Source: Octopus sinensis (taxonomy: Eukaryota). Taken from it: a DNA stretch of 64,000 nt. Position 1 is the stretch's first letter; the number at the start of each line of letters is the position of its first letter. A model generated the notes under the pieces. The model ran no database searches. It had not been told where the DNA came from and saw only the letters and a list, made by a program, of their open reading frames with translations. This document shows, one piece after another, positions 34,606-44,433 of the stretch. The DNA lies in NCBI RefSeq assembly GCF_006345805.1, contig NC_043005.1:28892001-28956000 (forward strand), read 5' to 3'. The position numbers and the translations under genes are program-made.

Positions 34606-36571
34606 AACATGGAAGGTGGACTTTAAACAATGATGATGATATATATACCAGTACAGAATGGCACCACATACATTCTCAACGTATATTTACAACGCACATA
34701 CATATTTGGCACCAAACTTTGGCCTCTGACAGGATGCTATTGCACTGTTCCACAGGTCCTGCCCGTCCTATCTAGAGTAAGGACTAGATACTGCAATAGC
34801 CTAGGATTCAAAGGCACACAGCTATTTAATATAATATTTTGCCAAAAGAAATTGAGAGATCTACACAGAGTAGGTGTAGATGCTTTTAAGAAGCACCTTG
34901 ACCTTCTGCTGTCCAAGACCCCAGATGAACTCACATCATGGCAAGAAACTCAAAATGAGGGCAGCAGTATCAAACAAATTCATTCACCAAAAGCCAATCA
35001 CATAGGAATGGCCATTGAAAATGTGATGAGACTAGCAGTGACCAACATGGTCACAACCTTTAGGCTAAAATGCATAAAAGATAAAAGAATTCCACCTGGA
35101 ATAAACAGACATACATGTATCCTTCCGCCAAAAAAGAAAAGACTGGCTTCTCCTGTTGAGATAAGATTTTTCATACCCCTGCCTAAATGGAAGATAGCTG
35201 TTAAATGATGATGATAATGATGTTGAACACATTACATTTACTGGCCCATTATCTGTCTATACCTTCTGCTCTAACTACAATAGCCTCCACTCCCCTCAAC
35301 CACCTCTACAACCTACAACAACTTCTTTTCTTCCTTAGCCATCATTTGAGAGGCTTCTGACTATCTTCTGAGCTCTTCCCTTAGAAAAAAAAAATCTTAG
35401 TCATTTTGAATTTTAGGGACTATCTCTTCCATGGTCCCTGAAAGCAGACTTCTTCCACCTTGCAAATCCCTGTTGTTCAAACAAAACAGTGACCACATTA
35501 ATCTTATCCACCTTCAGTGTTGGAAGACCTGCAAAATCCTATGAGCAGTATCTCCTCATTACATGGCCTAATAATTCCAATCTTGCAGGACCTATAAAAG
35601 CTATAGACACAATGTCCCCTCTTATGCAGACTAATTCTTCCAGTCTCACACAACCTGGAAAAGCTATGGGCAGTGTCCCATCTTACAATTATCCTTCCAG
35701 TTTCGTAGGACCTGGAAATGCCAGGAGCACTATCCCCTTTTATACAGACTAATTCTTCCAGTCTTGCAATACCTAGGCAAGGTACGAGCAGTATCTCCTC
35801 TTATGCAGTCTAATTAAAGAAATATAGAAAAATAAGATTATTTTCTGTACCTTGGTAATTTAAATATTTTAGATTATTATCCTCGTCCTTCGTAAATTTG
35901 CTTGCTTCGTTACCTTTCGTTAAGATTTATCTCCGATCATCTGCTGGAGTCTGGGCAGTTTAAAAGATTACAACCCTTCGGATAGTTTCTGAGTTCAAAC
36001 TAACTTAAGGTTCCGTGTGTGTGTGTGTGTGTGTGTAAGCATAGGACATCTGAAGGTGATCCGAGATCGAACAGATTGAAATGTTGTGCAACCGTCAAAC
36101 TGACGACAGACAAGAATAATAGTGCGACAAGAGAAGGTCGCTTAGTTACCTATCATCTCATAAATACAGTGTGAAGATCGTTTATACGTTGCTTGCCGCT
36201 AGGTTAGCTTGACAAACATTTGATCAAAAACATTCCAATAGTGATCCGGACATTATGTCGCAAAAACTACATTATCGAACATTCTTTTTAAGATAGCCGG
36301 ACAGGATTTGAAGGAGATTTAGCTGCTATTTCTAACAGCTCAATCGATTGTTTAAATGGCTTACGCCGTATGGAAAGGTGTTTGTTGATATAATCATTCA
36401 GAGAAAACATACTCACCATGCCGAAGATAAAGAAGTCAATAATAACAAGCAGTCTCTAAAAATAATTAACGTTGGTAAGACGGTTACAGCAAGAGAAATC
36501 TCCCAGATACTGGTGCCATTTTGATTGCTGACAAATTGTTCCTGAAGTTGTTTGTATGACGGAGTGGACAT
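13130..36571 (-). CDS. PIGW: PIGW / GWT1, phosphatidylinositol-glycan class W (GPI inositol acyltransferase); 7 coding exons, 496 aa
   Basis: join complement(36417-36571, 25574-25993, 23783-23951, 21633-21883, 19857-19998, 16518-16614, 13130-13386) gives 1491 nt. All introns are GT-AG with consistent phases. Family motifs: [103 protein letters not shown], and terminal KFW*. Confidence 0.95.
13848..14262. mobile_element. hAT (Charlie-like) MITE interrupted by a truncated family B SINE
   Basis: TIRs tagtggttctcaac (13848-13861) and gttgagaacctcta (14249-14262). The right flank atctagac fits the NTCTAGAN site, but the left flank does not match. The internal SINE 13942-14098 has TSD tatacttcc. 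Confidence 0.6.
15055..15432 (-). mobile_element. tRNA-derived SINE family A, full length
   Basis: Reads ggaggcgcaatggcccagtggttagggc (A box), ggtttcgattccc (B box), and a body ending gtcgtcgtaaccgacagagtgc. Homologous to 37351-37716 and 57476-57636. Confidence 0.85.
15475..15851 (-). mobile_element. Non-autonomous Helitron
   Basis: On the minus strand it starts A|TCTCTATATATATAAACGGC and ends with a hairpin plus CTAG|T. Second copy at 59584-59947. Confidence 0.75.
16050..16420 (-). mobile_element. RTE (BovB-like) LINE C-terminal fragment
   Basis: Translation [29 protein letters not shown]...QHRWMWR resembles the RTE terminal GRPRxRWxDxIKEWTG...WR motif. Confidence 0.55.
16518..16614 (-). 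CDS. PIGW: PIGW exon 6
   Basis: Acceptor ctgcag, donor gtaagt (16517-16512); encodes [32 protein letters not shown]; phase 0 in and phase 1 out, bridging exons 5 and 7. Confidence 0.85.
18665..18887 (-). mobile_element. SINE family B, long-tail subfamily
   Basis: Same head and core as other family B copies, with the tail cttaatctttgtctgtccttgtttgtcccttctatgtttagcccc as in 43027-43258. Confidence 0.8.
19857..19998 (-). CDS. PIGW: PIGW exon 5
   Basis: Acceptor ttttacag, donor gtaagt; encodes [47 protein letters not shown]. Confidence 0.92.
20965..21385 (+). mobile_element. Additional tRNA-headed SINE-like element
   Basis: A-box-like gtagcttagtggttagggtg followed by a moderately GC-rich body ending in cat/tat repeats. 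Single copy in the window. Confidence 0.4.
21633..21883 (-). CDS. PIGW: PIGW exon 4
   Basis: Acceptor aaaaccag, donor gtattt; encodes [20 protein letters not shown]...[39 protein letters not shown]. Confidence 0.93.
22565..22985 (-). mobile_element. CORE-type SINE family C (head, CORE, internal microsatellite, constant tail)
   Basis: Reverse complement of ggcatcttgggcaagtatcttctactatagccttgggcc...microsatellite...gtccccgtaacttagcagttcggc...gactgaaacaagtaaaa. Other copies near 28465-28815, 30725-31035, 31561-31970, 39010-39345 and 48636-49005. Confidence 0.8.
23783..23951 (-). CDS. PIGW: PIGW exon 3 (not in the ORF track)
   Basis: Acceptor tttaatctag, donor gtaagt; encodes [56 protein letters not shown]. 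Confidence 0.95.
24790..25030 (-). mobile_element. mariner transposase fragment
   Basis: Translation ...[16 protein letters not shown]...; clearly homologous to 60880-61030 of the larger mariner relic. Confidence 0.6.
25574..25993 (-). CDS. PIGW: PIGW exon 2
   Basis: Acceptor tatttcag, donor gtaact; encodes [24 protein letters not shown]...[59 protein letters not shown]. Confidence 0.95.
26021..26228. mobile_element. piggyBac-type MITE (TTAA-flanked)
   Basis: Reads ttaa-ccattttgttac ... gtatcgaaaggg-ttaa; body shared with 32581-32801, 48225-48432, 53563-53782 and 54129-54349. Confidence 0.7.
27560..28150 (+). mobile_element. CR1/L2-type LINE 3' end
   Basis: Translation [40 protein letters not shown]...SFK fits the CR1-like C-terminal motif; tail of (ATT)n. 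A shorter 3' tail copy lies at about 58430-58680. Confidence 0.7.
31561..31970 (-). mobile_element. CORE-type SINE family C, near full length
   Basis: Head ggctgtgtggtaagtagcttgc, B box ccgggttcagtcccac, CORE ggcaccttggacaagtgtcttctactatagcctc, internal (TA/TG)n, tail ending aagtaaaagagt. Confidence 0.85.
32581..32801. mobile_element. piggyBac-type MITE
   Basis: TTAA at 32577-32580 and 32802-32805; TIRs ccctttcgttac / gtaacaaaaggg. Confidence 0.85.
33600..34090 (-). mobile_element. RTE 3' tail repeat (family D)
   Basis: Plus strand reads catcatcatcatttaatgtcc...ccatgctggcatggg...gatgcccttcctaatgccaaccactctgagagtgtaatgggtgc. Confidence 0.75.
34680..35040 (+). mobile_element. CR1-like LINE C-terminal fragment
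   Basis: Translation [15 protein letters not shown]...[26 protein letters not shown] matches the terminal helix pattern (FK..LD..L..PDE) of CR1-type ORF2. Confidence 0.55.
35526..35815 (+). repeat. Degenerate minisatellite of about 60 bp, 5 units
   Basis: Anchors (g/a/t)acct at 35526, 35589, 35652, 35709 and 35770; recurring tctcctcttatgcagactaattcttccagtct. Confidence 0.75.
36417..36571 (-). CDS. PIGW: PIGW exon 1 (start codon; not in the ORF track)
   Basis: ATG at 36571-36569; encodes [51 protein letters not shown]; donor gtgagt. Matches the recalled KEAFVSNLNGT N-terminal motif of PIGW. Confidence 0.93.
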
Positions 36572-36759
36572 GATTGAGATAAACTAGATCACTAAATCTC
36601 AAGGAAGATAATATTCATGCTAAAATATTGTTACTGTTGATTATATACATAAAAAAAAAACAATGTTGGAAATCAACTCGCAGTGTAAAGCTACCTCTGC
36701 ATGTGCTTGTGTATGTATATACATATATATAAATTGTCCTATATGAATGAATATATTCG

Positions 36760-36890
36760 GGCGTCTGCTTCGCAAAGCTGTGTATATTTAAATGCGCGAG
36801 CGCAGGGGAGAAGGAACAAGTACTTCCTGCTTATTTGGTCATGTGATACATCCGTGACCGGACGGTTCCGGTAACGACCATAACTCAGAT
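36760..36890. promoter_or_regulatory. CpG-rich housekeeping-type promoter region upstream of PIGW
   Basis: Local CpG enrichment in an otherwise CpG-poor window, 200-300 bp from the ATG. Contains gcgcgagcgc (NRF1-like) and ETS-like acttcc, accgga and ttccgg. Confidence 0.55.
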
Positions 36891-37350
36891 TTGTAATTAA
36901 TTATTCTTATTTTAATTAATTTATTGTTTTGTTAAATTCAAGCAGTGATAGAAATCGTTGGAAGTACTGAGGGCTGCGGCGTTACTCACGGAGGGGAATG
37001 CCTTATAGTGTCTTGTACCTCTGCAGCCCTTAGCTTATCCCAAGTTCCTAATACTCATTTCCGTTACTGAATTCACTATTATTCGGTTTTGTAGAAAGCG
37101 ACGGAGCTGGCAGAGTCATTAGCGTATCAAACAAGAATGCTTGGCGGTGTTTCGCTATGATTTCAAATTTCGCTAGGATCGATTCGGTCTTTCATCCATT
37201 CAGAGTCGATAAATTATCTGAACACTGGAGTCAACGTAATTGATTAAACACTTTCCACTGAAATTACTGACCGTGTGTCAAAATTTGAAACCATATTATT
37301 CGGTTTTGCGTTAGTTATAATTAATTTTTGATCATTATAAGTAACATAGT

Positions 37351-37716
37351 GGAGGTACAATGGCCCAGTGGTTAGGGCAGTGGACTCGCGGTTTCGATTC
37401 CCAGACCGGGCGTTGTGAGTGTTTATTGAGCGAAAACATCTAAGGTTCCAAGAAGCTCCGGCAGGAGGTGGGGTACCAAACCCTGCTGTACTCTTTCACC
37501 ATAACTTTCTCTCGCTCTTTTTTCCTGTTTCTTTTGTACCTGTATTTCAAAGAGCTAGCCTTGTCACAGTCTGTTACACACTGAATCTTGCCAAGAACTA
37601 TGTTAAAAGTACACGTGTCTGTGGAGTGCTCAACCACTTACACGTTAATTTCACGAGCAGGCTGTTCTGTTTATCGGATCAACTAGAATCCTAGTCGTCA
37701 TAAACGACGGAGTGCC
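37351..37716 (+). mobile_element. tRNA-derived SINE family A
   Basis: Same A and B boxes and body as 15055-15432. Confidence 0.85.
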
Positions 37717-37951
37717 ACAATAAATAACAATAACTTTTGTGAAACTGATATTTTCAAAAATGATTTCTGTGAAAACTAAAAGTAGATGCTTTTTTTTTTT
37801 CCGTCTCTGTAAGTTTTAAGTTCAAATCCCGCCAAGCTCTACATGGCGTTTCTTCTGTCGTCGATAATACAAAGTACCCGTAGCATGCTGGTCAAAAAGA
37901 AAATACTTTCGTGAGTTTAATTACGTTTTATCATATCATAGCAGATAAATT

Positions 37952-38349
37952 GGCAATCTTTCGTCTCTAGTAGACCTTTCCGTCGACTTCCGTAAAAAAA
38001 TTTTTTTTACATATGGGCTTGCGGGAACTTTTGAAGTAATGAGAGCGAAAGAGACTAAGAGAAAGCGATTGTATGACGAGGGAAGTTCTTTTGAAGTTAC
38101 CGTGCATGGGAAGCATTGATGTACATGTGTGTGTGTGTTTGATGGGGTGTGGGAGACAGACAGTATGTTGTGTAAGTGAAGTGCTTCTGTTAGTGTGTGT
38201 GAAAGAAAGAGATAACTGAATTTTTTTACTCGGTGTATGTGTATATGTATGTATATTACTTCAAAAGTTCCCGTAAGCCCATATGTAAAAAAAAAAAAAA
38301 AAATTTTACGGAAATCGACGGAAAGGTCTACTAGAGACGAAAGATCGCC
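37952..38349. mobile_element. MITE with TIRs of about 90 bp and an 8-bp TSD
   Basis: TSD gataaatt (37944-37951 and 38350-38357); TIRs ggcaatctttcgtctctagtagacctttccgtcga... and ...tcgacggaaaggtctactagagacgaaagatcgcc. Confidence 0.9.
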
Positions 38350-39426
38350 GATAAATTATATATGGCAGAAAAATTATATTTGGTCAATCAATTTGTTACT
38401 TCCTTATATATTATAAAGTCATGCATCTAATTGTATTGGGAAAGGAAAATCATGGATTGCAGTTACATTGAACAGCCAACGTTAATAGCCTGATTTAGGT
38501 CACTATAGTCTCTAAGTCATGTATAATTCTTTCTATTACAGGCGCAGGGCCTGAAATTTTTGGGGAAGGTGCTAGTCGGCTTCATCTTAACTAGTACTTA
38601 TTTTATCGATCTCGAAAGGATGAAGGCAAAGTCGACCTCGAAAGGATGAAAACGATGTCGACCTCGATGGAATTTGAACTCAGGACGTAAAGCCGGGAGA
38701 GATTCTGCTAAACATTTTTGTTCGACGGGCTAGCGATTCTACCTGCTCAGTACCGCCTTCTAAGTAATACATGAGAACTATAAAACATTTTAGGGTCCCA
38801 GTGTGAGCAGGCATTTTAGTTGTTAGAAGGTGTGTTTGATTTGTGGAAACAATGAGCCGAAACGAAAAACATCAAACATTAATGGATGGAAATATATATA
38901 CACACTTTTTACAGTTTAATCGCCAGAAAGTAACTCGATTAAAACAGAGATTAAAACAACAGAGTCGGAAATTATTTAGCGAGCCAAAAGAATGCAGTTT
39001 CTTGGGTTATGTTTTACTGTTTCAGTCGTTAGACTGCGGACAAGCTGGAGCTCTGCTTTGAAGAATTTTAATCGGACGAATTGACCTCGGTACATTTTCC
39101 CCAAAGCCGGGTACTTACTCTTTGTCGAGCTACTAAGTTATGGTATATAAACATACCAAAACCGGTTGCCAATTGGTCGTGGAGAATAAACAGACACACT
39201 CATATATGACGGGCTTCTTTCAGTTTCTACCAAATCCACTCACAGGGCTTTGGTCGGTCCGAGGCTATAGTAGAAGATACTTGCCCAAGGTGCCATGCAG
39301 TGGGACTGAACCTGGAACCATGTCTTTGAGAAACTTCTAACTACACAACCACGGTTTCTGAAGTTTTAAATATCACAGGTCACGAATCTGCAACTTTTTT
39401 TTCATTGAGGTGGATGCAACCCTCTC

Positions 39427-40360
39427 CGAATATGAAAAAAAAATTGCGCAAACGAACGGTTGTTGGGTGGGAGGCAGCCAAGTTATACCTTTCTCGAATC
39501 GTTGCCATCAAATAATTACCAACCAAGACGAAGATATGTACATGTATGTTTGCGCAATTTTTTTTCATATTCGTTTTCTACAGACGACCGGGCACTAAAC
39601 GGGGGAAAACGGAACGTGTGAACTTTCTGACAGTCATCTCTCTACCCCTTCGGAAAACATTTCCCCCACAAATTTCTTTATAATCGTAATCTATGCTGTT
39701 TGAAAGGTGTTTCAGTCAAATTTCATTAAAAGATATCCATTTTCCTGAAAGTTATGAGGGGAAAATGGGTTCTTGTGAATTTCCGAAAGTCCTCTCTCCG
39801 ACCTCACCCCCGTTCGTTTGCGCAAATTTTCTTTTTCATATTTGTTTTCTACACATTTTTCTTACACCTATTAGACTGGGGGTTTTTTTCTTTTTTTTTT
39901 CATTTTGGTGACCAGGCGCTAAATTAGATCCTGAAAGTTTTGAGGGAAAAAAACGGATCGTATGAACTTTCCGACAGTTTTCTCCCCACCCCCTTTGGAA
40001 AAACATTTCCCCTTCAAATTTCTTTATAATCGTAATCTACGCTGTTTGAAAGGTGTTTCTGTAAAATTTCATTAAAAGATATCCATTTTCCTGAAAATTA
40101 TGAGAGGAAAAAAAAAAACTGATTGTGTGAGTTTTCCGACAGTCCTCTCCCCACCACTTCAGAAAAATTTTCCCCAGAAACTTCTTTATAATCGTAATTT
40201 GTGTCTTTTGAACGGTATTTCTATAAAATTTCACTAATAAACATCCATTTTGCTGAAAGTTATGAAGGAAAAATCAGATCTTGTTAATTTTCCTAAAGTC
40301 CTCTCGGACAGTACACCCGTTCGTTTGCATAAATTTCTTTTTCGTATGTTTTCTGCGCAT
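39427..40360. repeat. Complex repeat: short inverted repeat plus three degenerate modules of about 160 bp
   Basis: IR at 39427-39453 and 39548-39573; anchor ttctttataatcgtaat at about 39674, 40020 and 40182; cccgttcgtttgc at about 39810 and 40316. Confidence 0.7.
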
Positions 40361-40885
40361 TTTTTTACATCTTGTAGGCTGTTTTTGTTTGTTTGTTTTG
40401 TTAACTGGTCTCAAACTGTATATTGACCAAAGTAATAGAGCTTGAAATAGGAAAAAATATTTCAAACAAATAACTAACATGCCACAATACACTACAACGG
40501 TTTCGGTGCTCAGGCGCTTTAAATATCTTGTCTTGAGGTAGCATCGAAAGATGGCATGAACCAACAAGTCCTGGTGTGAATTATAGCGCAGGAGCACTTG
40601 TGTATGAATTAGAGTACTGTAATTACATGAAGTAATACATTTCCTTGCCTGTGACCAAGCACATAAATCCAAACGAAGAAAATTCCTTGAAAATAGCTAC
40701 TGTACTCTAAATCACTTCAACTGCATTAGAAGGAAGTGAAATAGGAAAATGACAGCTGACCTCATAAATTCTAATGCATTATATGTTAAAGAGTAAAATC
40801 TAAGTTACGGTTTCTAAAAGAGCTGATCTACAGATATGAATATAAAACAAATTAAAGAAATATAATAATGCTATTAAAGTGAAAC

Positions 40886-41035
40886 TTACATTTAATTATC
40901 TCCCTTAGACAGGTAATTTCTTTGGAACTGCGTTATGTGCAACATGTTGGAAAAGGGCCCTTACATTTAATTATCTCCCTTAGACAGGTCATTTATTTGG
41001 GAACTGTGGTATGCGCAACATGTTGGAAAAGGGCC
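40886..41035 (+). repeat. 75-bp tandem duplication
   Basis: ttacatttaattatctcccttagacagg...caacatgttggaaaagggcc at 40886 and 40961. Confidence 0.85.
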
Positions 41036-41329
41036 TGTAGCTCCCTTACAAGGGCACCTAGAGACTCGGAACCGCTTCCATTGTCCTCTGTGGAAAATTT
41101 TACACAGGAATTAGCTTTTATATGGATGCTGTAGTCTTTCTTGCTATAAATAGATAGACACACACACACACATTCATCTTTATTATATAGATATATATAC
41201 ACACACACATATATATACAGACGTCTGTATATATGCACACATACAAACGTGTATGCACATATATATACACACACACACACACATACATATATACACATAC
41301 ATATCTCAATACACACACACTTAAATCCA

Positions 41330-43520
41330 ACATATCTAAAGATCAATTGGAAGAATTTACAAAAAGGCTCATCAATAATTTTCAAAGTAGCTGACCAATG
41401 TGAGGCAATAGTTATCATGGACAAGAACCATTACAGAGATATGTTTATGGAACCAACTTAATAACCAACACTCCTACAAGAAGCTAAATCAAAACAAGGA
41501 TGAAAATACCATGAGCAAGATACATAGACTTGTCTCAAAATATCGTAATAACCTAACTGAGAATGAAGTTAATTATTTAACCAACTTCGAAGTAAAAGCC
41601 AGTAACTTCTATGGATTACCCAAAATCCACAAATCAAAAGAAATCGAAGATAACATAAACGGAAACAATTCAACATATGTCGAAACCCCCAAAACCTGGA
41701 ACTATGCCTAATCCTTGCAGGACCAGCATCCAGTGTACAACACTTCAGCAACTTAATAGATATAGTTCTAAAATCATTATACAAAATGATACCAAATTTT
41801 ATCTGGGATTATATGGATTTTTAAATTTAAACTACATACCTAAAAGTGTTCACAGGTGATAATTCTTGTGAGTTTCAATGTAACTAGTCTACACACCAAT
41901 CTCCCACACGACCTATGAATTGAAACTATAAATTTCTGGTTAAAAAGCACCTGAATCATATCATGGAAAGATTCTCAAAAACCTTCATTTGGAAGGATTA
42001 AAATTAATACTGGAAAACAGCCACTTCTTCGACAACTTCTACTAACAAATAAAAGGAACAGCGATGGTGATAAAAGTAGCTCCCACTTATGCAACACTTG
42101 TAATGGGTTCTTAGAGGTCAAACTCTATTCCCAACTAACAGAAACATTTAACAAACAATTCTCCATTTATGTATATATAAAAAAAACAATTAGAAACGGT
42201 ATTTGGATAACTATTCTATATTTTGAACCAAAAACTTAGGAATCTTTCACTTACTTTTAAATGATTAACATACCTCAATGAAATTCACTATGGAACAACA
42301 CACAAAGGAATTACCAATTAGACATACTTCTAATTAAAGAAGATAACACCATAAAAACAGATCTCTTATACAAACTTACAGACACGCACCAATATTTGAA
42401 CTTACATTCCTCCCTTCCCTCACATACCAAAAGGAACATACCCTTTAATATGGTAAAATGAATTTGCACTATAGTTATAGATACAAAATTAAAGGATAAA
42501 AGATTACAAGAATTAAAAATATTTCTAAAAGAACAAAAGTATCCCACTAGATTAATTAACACTGCAATCAACAAAGCAAAAAACATCCCAACTACAGGCC
42601 TCAGAGGAAAACAAACACATAAAAATGAACTGATAAACATTCCTTTTGTCATAATCCAAAACCCAAGAAATCACAACACCATCATCATTTCAAAAAACAT
42701 CTCTCAATCATCAAAAATGAACAAATTAATAACAAATTTTAAAATAATTTATAGCAGACATCAAGCACGCAACCTAAAAAAGCTCTTAACCCAAGCAAGA
42801 TTTACAACTAGCGAAGCTACAAAGAGAGTTCAAAAATGTGGTGACCCTCGTTGTGGAACATGTGATTACAATGAAGAAGGAAAACAAATTGCTTTTAAAG
42901 ACAACATTTTAAAAATAAATGCAAGTATGAATTGCAAATCCAGAAACCTAATTTACTCTGTCACATACCCCAAATGCAAAGAATACTACATTGGTGAAAC
43001 AGGCATATGAGAGACTATATGAGTGAAGGCAGTGAGCTGGCAGAAACGTTAGCACGCCGGGCGAAATGCGTAGCCGTATTTCGTCTGCCATTACGTTCTG
43101 AGTTCAAATTCCGCCGAGGCCGACTTTGCCTTTCATCCTTTCGGGGTCGATAAATAAAGTACCAGTTACGCACTGGGGTCGATGTAATCGACTTAATCCC
43201 TTTGTCCGTCCTTGTTTGTCCCCTCTATGTTTAGCCCCTTGTGGGCAGTAAAGAAATATATATGAGTGAGTAAGGGTACATAAACCACAAATCCACGACC
43301 TCTCTGTTAATAACACAACTTGCAGTAAACACTTTGAAAAATGTGGGAAAAGAAAATTCAAAATATTCCCTCTTTTCAAACTATGGACAGAAAATGAATA
43401 TTTTTGTAAGGCCATGGAAGAATACTTTATTTGAAAATACCAGCCAAAGCTGGGCAAAAAATAATACCAGAACTACCATCCCAACAATCCACAGAAAGAC
43501 ACCAATCAAACACTGCGTGA
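41330..43520 (+). mobile_element. Penelope-like retroelement (RT plus GIY-YIG endonuclease), degenerate
   Basis: Translations IIFKVADQCEAIVIMDK, FYGLPKIHK, LAGPASS, SFNVTSLHTNLPH, QIKGTAM...APTYATLVMG, RYLDN, and KCGDPRCGTC...MNCKSRNLIYSVTYPKCKEYYIGETG. Confidence 0.85.
43027..43258 (+). mobile_element. Young full-length family B SINE inserted in the Penelope GIY-YIG domain
   Basis: 11-bp TSD tatatgagtga (43016-43026 and 43259-43269); CpGs retained. Confidence 0.9.
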
Positions 43521-43593
43521 ATAATGAACACTACATAAGAGTATATGCTCTTTTATGTACTATATTTAAGCACCCAAAGAGTCAGATGCAAAA

Positions 43594-43631
<38 letters not shown>

Positions 43632-43667
43632 ATGTGTGTGTGTGTGTATATATTTATATATATGTAT

Positions 43668-44139
43668 AATCAAAATAAGCAACAGGATATTCAGAGGTGA
43701 TGCAGTACGATCATTTCAAGCGACTCCATTTTATTGAACAATGCAATCATTACATCAATTTAAATGCAGAGCTATCCTCAGTTGTATAAATAAATAGAAT
43801 TTATTTTATCACTCAAACACATTTGTATAATGTTACCTAAATCCTCTATGGGGGTAAGCAGACAGACAAAATCCATGCTGTATTCACTTCAGCTTAGAAT
43901 CCATACTGTATTCACTTCTAAACTGAAGTGAAAACAGCATGGATTTTGTCTTCTTACCCTCTTAGAAGATTGAGGTAAAATTATACGAATGTGTCTGACT
44001 GATTAAATAAATTCTATTTATTTATTTATGCAGCTGAGGACAGCTCTGCATTTAAATTGATGTAATGATTGCATTGTTCAATTAAATGGAGTCTCTTGAA
44101 ACCACATCACCTCTGGATATCCTGTTGCTTATTTTGATT
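43668..44139. repeat. Palindrome of about 470 bp
   Basis: Arms 43668-43897 and 43918-44139 (aatcaaaataagcaacaggatat / atatcctgttgcttattttgatt) with a 20-nt spacer. Confidence 0.9.
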
Positions 44140-44233
44140 TTATTCACCTTATTTTGAAACTACGGATAATTCTGCACTAATTTTTGGTGCCTCAACCTAA
44201 ATACCTAATTCATCCGAATCTCAATTATTTTGC

Positions 44234-44268
<35 letters not shown>

Positions 44269-44376
44269 ATGTGGACATGTATGTGTGAGTGGCTGTATGT
44301 ATACATGTGTGTGTGAATGTGTGTACTGTGTACACGTTTGTATGCATGCATATGTACAGATGTATGTGTGTGTGTG

Positions 44377-44433
<57 letters not shown>

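Noticed and set aside
34630-35208. Longest ORF in the track (192 aa) as a host gene
   Set aside because: It starts in a microsatellite and its core is a CR1-like LINE C-terminus.
37351-37425. tRNA genes at SINE heads (also 3808, 15432, 43027, 57476)
   Set aside because: A and B boxes are present, but there is no closed acceptor stem, and each continues into a repeated SINE body.
35526-40360. CRISPR-like arrays (60-bp and 160-bp repeats)
   Set aside because: The units are degenerate and contiguous with no unique spacers, the context is eukaryotic and there are no cas genes.
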